Assembly: GCA_965648915.1 (NCBI GenBank)
Contig: CBFGIV010000007.1
Coordinates: 132 to 64,131, forward strand
Direction of reading: 5' to 3'
DNA: 64,000 nucleotides
From: a candidate division WOR-3 bacterium
Lineage (GTDB): Bacteria; Hydrothermota; Tepidihabitantia; SM23-42; CAYGYG01
Positions 57,189 to 64,000 of this stretch are shown here, piece by piece (position 1 is the stretch's first letter; every line of letters starts with the position of its first letter). The position numbers and the translations under genes were made by a program. Below the pieces are notes generated by a model. It had not been told where the DNA came from and did not search any database. It saw only the letters and a program-made list of their open reading frames with translations.

Positions 57189-58177
57189 CATCCAGAACCG
57201 AGAATATCACAGGGCGCGATTTATACTTATGGACAGACCTGCCCCTTACCCGGCGGATCACCCCATATGGGGATCTACTATGATCGAGCCACACTCTGGC
57301 ATCTGGTGAATGTCACCAGTGCTCCTTTTGCTGTCTATCGTATCGATACCCTCGGAAATATTTTAAGTCAGTTCCGGGCTAACACCACCGCCTATGCCCT
57401 GGGCCTCTGTCGGGTTGGTGATAGCATCTTCATCGCCACCTACTACCCCACACCCGAAAGGGTCAATGTCTTTGATACTGCAGGTAATTATGGACGCTCC
57501 TTTTTTCTCTCCAATAATGAACGGTGTCAGGGGATTGATTATGACCCAAATAGTAAGAGTTTTTGGGTCTGGGGTTCACCCGGCTCGGGTGGTATTGTAA
57601 ATATAAATATCTGCGATCGAAATGGAACAGTGTGTAAGGCGATCCCGATCAGCGGTGGTTTCTGGACCTATTGTGGCTCTATCGACTGGAATTACTATCC
57701 CTATCGGGTCTGGTATGCAGAAAGGCAGGGAGATCAATTCTGTTACTGCGCGGTCGATACTATTGCAAACACCGGTTCCATCCTTGCACGATTTTCAAGT
57801 CCGGTACTGTACCCAAGGGGATAACTTATTTAAATCAGAACAACCAGGGCTTTGTCTGGATAACAACTATGAACTCACCAAATGGTTTCAAGATGCGGGT
57901 CCATAACCAGATCGGCATTGAAGAGAATGCCGTTGCTCCAGCCCGTAATTTGCTCTTCGCCATCACTCCCAACCCCGGTCGCAATGGCAGGATAATTTTG
58001 AGTCTCGGTCCGGAGAGGCCAACAAGGATAAATGTGTTCAACTCAGCCGGCAAAAAAGTTGCAACAATCACCGGTCAGGGGAGAATTTTATGGAAGACCG
58101 ATAAATTGCCTGCAGGCATCTATTTCTTGAGACCAGGAAATTCAAATCTGACAAAAAAACTGATCCTTATACAGTAG
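57189..58177 (+). pseudogene. 5'-truncated, frameshifted secreted protein with T9SS-like CTD
   Basis: Frame opens right after stop 57186 with no SD or signal peptide; GGGG 57817-57820 needs one extra G to join ..YPR to GITYLNQ.. and the CTD. Confidence 0.7.
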
Positions 58178-58234
58178 ACCTGAATACCTATACTTTACAC
58201 TTTTGACACGGTAAGAAATGTAAAGTATTTGGCC

Positions 58235-59506
58235 CTATCTAATATGTAGAATTGGACGGGTAATTGTAATTGATTCGGCTTCTAATCTGATAAAGTAAAC
58301 ACCATCGGGTACAGGCCTCCCATAACCATCTTTCCCATCCCAGACAAAAGTCTGTCGCCCTTGTAAACTCTGGACTTCAAACTGGTGTATCAATTCACCG
58401 CCCAGACTGTATATCTTTAAAGCGGCAACCTCACCAGGATTCAAGTTCTCGATCTTTATAAACATCTTTTTCTTAAATGGATTGGGATTGACGGTCAAGA
58501 TCCTGCAATCTTCACTGAGCCGGGTGGCCTGAATATCTTCCTCTATTCCCTCCGGAATGAATTGATAGAGAATCGTTCCTGAATCACCAACCGCAAACGC
58601 CCAGATTCCAGGTAGGTCAAGCCAGCACCAGACACCCCTTAGTGCAAGATTTACACCACTCACTTCAGCCTGCCAGGTCTGTCCACTATTACTTGTCGCC
58701 AGGATTCGACCATTAGCACCTACTGCATAGCCAATTGAACCATAATATGAGAAATAGATATCATAGAGGTCATCAGTATAACCGGTCGAAATCCTCGTCC
58801 ATCCTGCTCCACCATCAGTCGTTCTCAGGATTAAACCGCCCTTGCCCACTGCACACCCGGTCAGTGTATCCTTAAAACAAATCCCTCTTAATGTATCGGT
58901 CGTTCCGCTATTCTGGGTTGTCCAACTGAGACCGCCGCTGGTTGTCTTCATTATTGCACCGTTTGTCCCACACTTCCAGCCGACCATTCTATCAACAAAC
59001 CAGACACCATACCAATTTACTCTTAAGGTCGTTATCAGATAAGACCAGTTGAGGCCACCATCAGTCGTTCGCCAAACCGTCCCCCCAGCTCCAACTGCCC
59101 AGCCATTCAGACTATCAGCAAACGATGTGGCATAGATCTCATAATTTGGCGAACCTTTTACCACCCAGTTGTTTCCACTGTTGGTTGTGTGGATTACTAT
59201 CCCGTTTCCCTGATCACCACCAACGGCTGATGCCCATTCCTTAGTAAAAAAATATCTGGAATCCCAGGCAATTCCGTAAAGATTCAGATTGGTCCCGCTA
59301 TTCTGAGCTATCCAGTTTGTACCGAGATTCTGGGTCGAAATTATTACGCCACCTTTACCAACTGCCCAACCTCTTCCACTGGGCGGACGCTTGAACCAGA
59401 CATCATAAAGATCGTTCGTTGTTCCACTCGTCTGTTTTACCCAGGTGGCAAAACCGTTATTAGTGTAAAAAAGTATTATTATACCAACACTTAAAATTTG
59501 TTTCAT
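58235..59506 (-). CDS. secreted YCF48/BNR-repeat protein with FlgD-Ig CTD
   Basis: GWAVG..G.I..T.xGG.xW repeats; CTD WDGKDGYG..DGVYF; SD AGGAGG before ATG59506. Confidence 0.8.
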   Translation of the reverse strand: MKQILSVGIIILFYTNNGFATWVKQTSGTTNDLYDVWFKRPPSGRGWAVGKGGVIISTQNLGTNWIAQNSGTNLNLYGIAWDSRYFFTKEWASAVGGDQGNGIVIHTTNSGNNWVVKGSPNYEIYATSFADSLNGWAVGAGGTVWRTTDGGLNWSYLITTLRVNWYGVWFVDRMVGWKCGTNGAIMKTTSGGLSWTTQNSGTTDTLRGICFKDTLTGCAVGKGGLILRTTDGGAGWTRISTGYTDDLYDIYFSYYGSIGYAVGANGRILATSNSGQTWQAEVSGVNLALRGVWCWLDLPGIWAFAVGDSGTILYQFIPEGIEEDIQATRLSEDCRILTVNPNPFKKKMFIKIENLNPGEVAALKIYSLGGELIHQFEVQSLQGRQTFVWDGKDGYGRPVPDGVYFIRLEAESITITRPILHIR

Positions 59507-59622
59507 ACTACCTCCTGTTTCCAAAAACAACAAGTCATTACCTAAAAATAATCATTTTCAAAAATATGTCAAGTAAATTTCTCTCTGATTGACATTGTCC
59601 CAAATCTGGCTATAATCCACTG

Positions 59623-60681
59623 GTGCATCTTTTACCCGCGCTGATCACGACCTTAACTATTCTGAATCAGACAGACAATCGCCCTGATTTGCACGACTCA
59701 ACTGTTACACGAATAAAGATCAAGGCAGTTGGTGATATAATGATGGGATCAACCTACCCTGTGCCGATCCTGCCTGAACGTCCTGAAAGCATCTTCAATA
59801 ATGTAGCATCCTTCCTTGCTGATGCCGATTTGACAATTGGCAATCTTGAGGGGAACATCCTTGAAGGTGGTATGACCCTGAAGAAAAAGTCTAAATATAC
59901 TTACGCCTTTCGTATGCCTAAAAAATATGCTAATATCCTTAAAGATGCCGGTTTTGATCTATTAAGTCTTGCCAATAATCACATCAATGATTTTGGTCTA
60001 TATGGATTGAATTCAACAATGGCAATGCTCGATATGGCCGGCATTCAATATTCAGGACCGATAGGTAAGATTGCCCATCTGACTGTCAAAGGGATTAAAA
60101 TCGCTTTCATTGCCTTCGGCTTTTCTCCAAACTGTTACTCAATCTTTGATATAAAAAAAGCCCAGCAGGAAGTTGCTGCTCTAAAAAGGGATAGTGCTGT
60201 CGTTATTGTATACTTTCATGGTGGTAGTGAGGGTAGCAGGGCAGTGAGAACCCGCAACGAGAATGAGATCTTTGCCGGTGAGATGCGCGGTAATGTTGTG
60301 AAATTTGCCCGGGGTGTGATCGACAGCGGGGCTGACCTGGTCATAGGTTCTGGCCCCCATGTTCTAAGGGGGATGGAGATCTATCGGGAGCGATTGATTG
60401 CTTACAGCCTTGGGAATTTCTGCACTTATGGACAGTTTAATCTGAACAATGAGTGTGGCATCTCCATCATCCTTGAGATCGAACTCGTTCGGGATGGTAA
60501 ATTTTTAATAGGCAGGATCTGGCCGGTTTATCAGGAGAAACCCGGGATACCGAAATTTGATAGTCTCGGTCAATCAATCGAATTGATCAAACGCCTTTCA
60601 AGTTTAGACTTCAGCCTTTCCTGTCCAAAAATAGAAGATAACGGAACCATCTATTCAGAATGGGGATCAGCCCCTCATTAA
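59623..60681 (+). CDS. CapA/PGA_cap family metallophosphatase-fold protein
   Basis: GDIM, GNLEG, LANNHINDFG, FHGG, GPHV, YSLGNF. Confidence 0.88.
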   Translation: MHLLPALITTLTILNQTDNRPDLHDSTVTRIKIKAVGDIMMGSTYPVPILPERPESIFNNVASFLADADLTIGNLEGNILEGGMTLKKKSKYTYAFRMPKKYANILKDAGFDLLSLANNHINDFGLYGLNSTMAMLDMAGIQYSGPIGKIAHLTVKGIKIAFIAFGFSPNCYSIFDIKKAQQEVAALKRDSAVVIVYFHGGSEGSRAVRTRNENEIFAGEMRGNVVKFARGVIDSGADLVIGSGPHVLRGMEIYRERLIAYSLGNFCTYGQFNLNNECGISIILEIELVRDGKFLIGRIWPVYQEKPGIPKFDSLGQSIELIKRLSSLDFSLSCPKIEDNGTIYSEWGSAPH

Positions 60682-60742
60682 CAGAATTCCAATCAGACTT
60701 AAATGATATTTTAAAGTTGACATATAGTTATTTAAGAATATA

Positions 60743-61672
60743 ATGAAGACTCTTGTGAAATCAAAAATCGATATCTTTTTTGTTTTCGGAAAGAAAAATC
60801 GGTTATTTAACCTCTCGCTACCAGTCGTAATTATCTGGGCCATAGTTGGAGGGGTTTTAGTTATTTTGATTACCTTTACACTAATCCTTTTTGACTATTC
60901 AAATCATATCATCGATCAGAAAAGCCTCTCTTCCCTTAAACGCGAAAATATAACATTAAAAAATGAACTCAAAAAATACGAAAACCTGACCGAAGAACTA
61001 CGCCTTTCTATAGCCGATCTTCAGAAATATGACGCAAAACTCAGAATTTACTCCGGACTGGAACCATTAAATAAAGATCTGAGGCAGATGGGTGTTGGTG
61101 GATTTCCAACTGATTCGATGCTTCTCAATATAAACAGGGATGTTAGAGAGCAGGTTATCAATTTAAATCTTTCCCTCCAACAACTTGTTGCTGAAGCCCG
61201 ATTACAACGCCAGAGTTATGAAGATATTGCCAAGCACCTTAAAGAGAAAGAATTGCTCAGGACCCATACCCCATCAATTCCACCGGTCAATGGCTGGTGG
61301 ATGAGTGGTTTCGGGATGAGAATAGATCCATTTACCGGTTATTTAAAAATGCATACCGGTTTAGATATTGCTGCACCCTCAGGAACACCGATCGTTGCAC
61401 CTGCCGATGGAACAGTTGAATCGATAGAGTATAAGGAGGGTTATGGTCTAACTGTAGAGATCAATCATGGATATGGAATTAAGACATACTATGCCCATTG
61501 TTTGACAAGTCTCTGTCAAGTTGGGCAGAAGATAAAGCGAGGGGATTTGATCGCCACAGTCGGTGAATCCGGTAGAACTACCGGTCCACATCTCCACTAC
61601 GAGGTTCGACTTGGGGACAACCCGGTCGATCCTGAGGATTATATAATTAAAGAAGTCAGTATTGTCGATTAA
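60743..61672 (+). CDS. M23 family metalloendopeptidase (TM + coiled coil + LytM)
   Basis: HTGLD and HLH zinc motifs, TYYAH, GRTTGPHLHYEV. Alternative start GTG60755. Confidence 0.9.
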   Translation: MKTLVKSKIDIFFVFGKKNRLFNLSLPVVIIWAIVGGVLVILITFTLILFDYSNHIIDQKSLSSLKRENITLKNELKKYENLTEELRLSIADLQKYDAKLRIYSGLEPLNKDLRQMGVGGFPTDSMLLNINRDVREQVINLNLSLQQLVAEARLQRQSYEDIAKHLKEKELLRTHTPSIPPVNGWWMSGFGMRIDPFTGYLKMHTGLDIAAPSGTPIVAPADGTVESIEYKEGYGLTVEINHGYGIKTYYAHCLTSLCQVGQKIKRGDLIATVGESGRTTGPHLHYEVRLGDNPVDPEDYIIKEVSIVD

Positions 61673-62114
61673 AAAATACCTGATCAGCCTAATCCTTTGT
61701 ATATTTATATTACTAATCCTTAGAAAATTCCTCTTCCCCTCTGAAATCGAGGAGATAAAAAAGACTATCTACAAAGGAAAGAACTCAATCGAAAAAGAAT
61801 CAAGCAATGGAGTTATGGCCCTCCTCGATCCAGAATTCAGTGACAATTATGGTAATAATTACTCAGATATTGATAAGGCAATCAGTCAATTTTTTAATAC
61901 GGTTGATAGTATTGATATTAAAATTTCAATAAGATCAATCCACATAAATATTCAGCCTAATTCTCAATGCGCAGTCTGTTCACTAAGAGTTAGAATCTTT
62001 GGCTCAATTGAGGGCGAGCGGGGTATAATTTATGGAGCAATTAAACCCGCAGATGTTATATTAAGGCTAATAAAAAAGGAACGATTATGGTTATTCCGCA
62101 CAATAAGTTATTAG
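61662..62114 (+). CDS. hypothetical membrane-anchored protein, NTF2-like fold suspected
   Basis: N-terminal TM; helix-strand pattern; operonic overlap with the M23 gene. Confidence 0.55.
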   Translation: MSIKKYLISLILCIFILLILRKFLFPSEIEEIKKTIYKGKNSIEKESSNGVMALLDPEFSDNYGNNYSDIDKAISQFFNTVDSIDIKISIRSIHINIQPNSQCAVCSLRVRIFGSIEGERGIIYGAIKPADVILRLIKKERLWLFRTISY

Positions 62115-62238
62115 CCCCAGGGAGCAGGTGATAACTTTTTAATTTTTTATTTTGATGGGAATAAAACGAATTAATTTAGACAAAGTATCAAGAATTATAG
62201 GAGATATAAAGATTCAGACTCTCAGGTCTGCCCCCTGA

Positions 62239-62952
62239 TTATACCAACTTACCAATACGGTCAAGCCTGATACTCTTCCATTTCCATATTTTGAAGACAT
62301 CAACAATGCCGGTCCCACCCGGGAATTCGAAGGAGAAGTAGATAAATAGTGGTTTTCCTCTCAAATATCTCTTATGGAGGGGACCCCAGAAACGCGAGTC
62401 TAATGAAAAATCCCGGTTGTCACCCATTGCAAAAATATGATCTTTTGGAACAATCACCGGGCCAAAGTTATCCCGGATATAAGGGCTGTAATAATCGGCC
62501 AGTCTGACGTCTTCCCAGAGTTTCTGAAACTCTTTCTGATCGATCTTAATCTTCTGATAGGTTACCGGATCTTTATGCACAACATAAGGCTCCTCGACTC
62601 GCTTGCCATTAACATAAAGAACTTTATCAATTATCTCGATTGTATCACCTTCCAGCCCAACACATCTTTTGATAAAATCCTTATTTTCAAATGGATATTT
62701 GAAAACAATAATTTCGTTTCTCTTGGGCATTCGACCGGGAATAATTAATCTGCCAGAAAATGGTTCTTTTACTCCAAATATATAACGATTTACGAGCAAG
62801 GCATCACCTATAAGCATTGTATCTTCCATAGATGATGTCGGTATCACATATGCCTGAATCACTAATGCCCTGAGAATCAAGACAAATACTATAACCTCAA
62901 CCCAGGATACGGTGGTCTTGATGATCTTCCGCTGTCTCTCTTCAGATGCCAT
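62239..62952 (-). CDS. lepB: signal peptidase I
   Basis: IPTSSMEDT (Ser), FIKRCVG (Lys), GDNRDFSLDSRFWG. Confidence 0.95.
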   Translation of the reverse strand: MASEERQRKIIKTTVSWVEVIVFVLILRALVIQAYVIPTSSMEDTMLIGDALLVNRYIFGVKEPFSGRLIIPGRMPKRNEIIVFKYPFENKDFIKRCVGLEGDTIEIIDKVLYVNGKRVEEPYVVHKDPVTYQKIKIDQKEFQKLWEDVRLADYYSPYIRDNFGPVIVPKDHIFAMGDNRDFSLDSRFWGPLHKRYLRGKPLFIYFSFEFPGGTGIVDVFKIWKWKSIRLDRIGKLV

Positions 62953-63060
62953 ATGCTATTATAACCTAAAATAATAAACCTGTCAATAACCCGAAGATTA
63001 ACTTATTCAATTTAAGAAGAGAGTCAATCCTTATAACCATTTATTTTATCAGTGATTATT

Positions 63061-63099
63061 AAAAAACGACCCGGCCGCAGCCCGAAGGCCGCGACCGGG
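63061..63099 (-). terminator. intrinsic terminator downstream of the MBL gene
   Basis: GC-rich stem with TTCG loop followed by TCGTTTTTT on the minus strand. Confidence 0.65.
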
Positions 63100-63210
63100 A
63101 GGGGGAGTTATATTTTAGACAGAAATTATCTAAAAAAGTTTATCAAACCAACTAAAATTACAATCCCACGAAGAGTTAATCTCTCTATCTATCTTGAATA
63201 ATCTATTCAT

Positions 63211-64000
63211 TCAGATCTTTATGAGCAATCCTTCTTTCGCTGCCTGACATTTAATCTTGGGCCTGCTATTTTTAACCTGAAGTTTAGCCTTTTTCACTAA
63301 ATTATCTATATCCCGATCACTGTGATATGGATCATGGTGGAAGAATACAACCGATTTTACCCTTGCTTTAACTGCCAGATCAAGAACCTGGCTGTAAGAT
63401 GAGTGGCCCCAGGTCGAAAAGAGTTTTGCCTCCTCATCGCTCCACTGGGTATCGTGAATCAAGAGATTGGCATTCGCACAAAACCGAACAAAAGTATCGA
63501 AAATGGTTATCAGCTGGTGTTCGGGCGGAGATAGATTGTTGTCGGACATAAAGACCAGTGTCTTTTTATCTTCGATTATCTTATAAGCATAGTTATTATT
63601 AGGATGATTTGTTGGTATCGAATGGATCTGAGTTTCGCCTATGGAAAATGATTCTTCACCCAATTCAAAGATTTCAATCCTGGCTCTCAGGTCTTCAAAA
63701 AGGAAAGGCAAATAGGGCGCACGAATCTGAGCAGCGAGGATCTCCTTCAAGGTAAAATTTTTGCCAGGATGGCCGTAAATTTTGAAATTAAAACGGTTAT
63801 CAAAGATTGGCCGGAAAAAAGGAAACCCTTGAATATGATCCCAGTGAAAATGGGTAAAAAGCATATGAATAACAATTGGGTCTGATGTCTTCTTCTGAGC
63901 AAATTCCTGTAAGAGTGCTGCACCGAGTTTTCTGATACCGGTACCCGCATCAATAACAATTATTTCACCGCTTGCCAATCTAATCTCCACACAGGCTGTA
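63211..64000 (-). CDS. MBL-fold metallo-hydrolase, 5' end outside window
   Basis: TACVEIR, IDAGTG, THFHWDHIQG, H..DTQW..WGHS..FHHDP; frame open to the edge. Confidence 0.9.
   Translation of the reverse strand, partial: TACVEIRLASGEIIVIDAGTGIRKLGAALLQEFAQKKTSDPIVIHMLFTHFHWDHIQGFPFFRPIFDNRFNFKIYGHPGKNFTLKEILAAQIRAPYLPFLFEDLRARIEIFELGEESFSIGETQIHSIPTNHPNNNYAYKIIEDKKTLVFMSDNNLSPPEHQLITIFDTFVRFCANANLLIHDTQWSDEEAKLFSTWGHSSYSQVLDLAVKARVKSVVFFHHDPYHSDRDIDNLVKKAKLQVKNSRPKIKCQAAKEGLLIKI

Noticed and set aside
59623-60681. Poly-gamma-glutamate capsule locus
   Set aside because: Only the CapA-like domain is present, with no capB/capC neighbours; the family is widespread without capsule function.
63061-63110. 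SRP RNA or other ncRNA at the GC-rich hairpin
   Set aside because: No SRP internal-loop motif; a stem with TTCG loop and U-tract fits an intrinsic terminator.

Overview
Bacterial chromosomal window. It resembles the FCB group, possibly candidate WOR-3; this is an inference from the many Sec-signal proteins ending in T9SS-type-A/FlgD-Ig-like C-terminal domains (CTDs). Housekeeping genes: rocD, lgt, comF, gcvH-gcvPA, mreBCD-mrdA-rodA, tRNA nucleotidyltransferase, panC, xerC, trmFO, lipB and lepB. Three accessory blocks interrupt them. (1) 12.3-23.1 kb: five secreted beta-propeller/CTD genes, one resembling a fucose-lectin propeller, beside a STAND-ATPase/TPR/SARP-type regulator; three 11-bp-phased TTAAG boxes precede their -10 element. 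(2) 25.4-37.1 kb: a complete minus-strand type I-A-like CRISPR-Cas locus (cas3'-cas3''-cas8a-cas7-cas5-cas6-TA pair-cas1-four-helix-bundle-cas2-cas4-leader-array of 11 repeats/10 spacers-four-helix-bundle). Its cas8a ends in a Csa5/Cas11-like domain with its own in-frame AGGAGG-ATG, the best candidate for an undescribed arrangement. The locus also has a near-duplicate spacer pair, four-helix-bundle inserts flanked by inverted short-repeat arrays, and a cluster of REP-like palindromes in the cas leader. (3) 42.6-59.5 kb: more CTD proteins (gingipain-like C25, M28 peptidase, propellers), an HTH-TPR-BTAD regulator, and a sigma54-type pilin operon ending in a headless, frameshifted gene. Many promoters are TTGACA-N16/17-TATAAT with the start codon 5-7 nt downstream, suggesting common leaderless mRNAs. 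All protein calls come from motif recognition by eye, without database searches.
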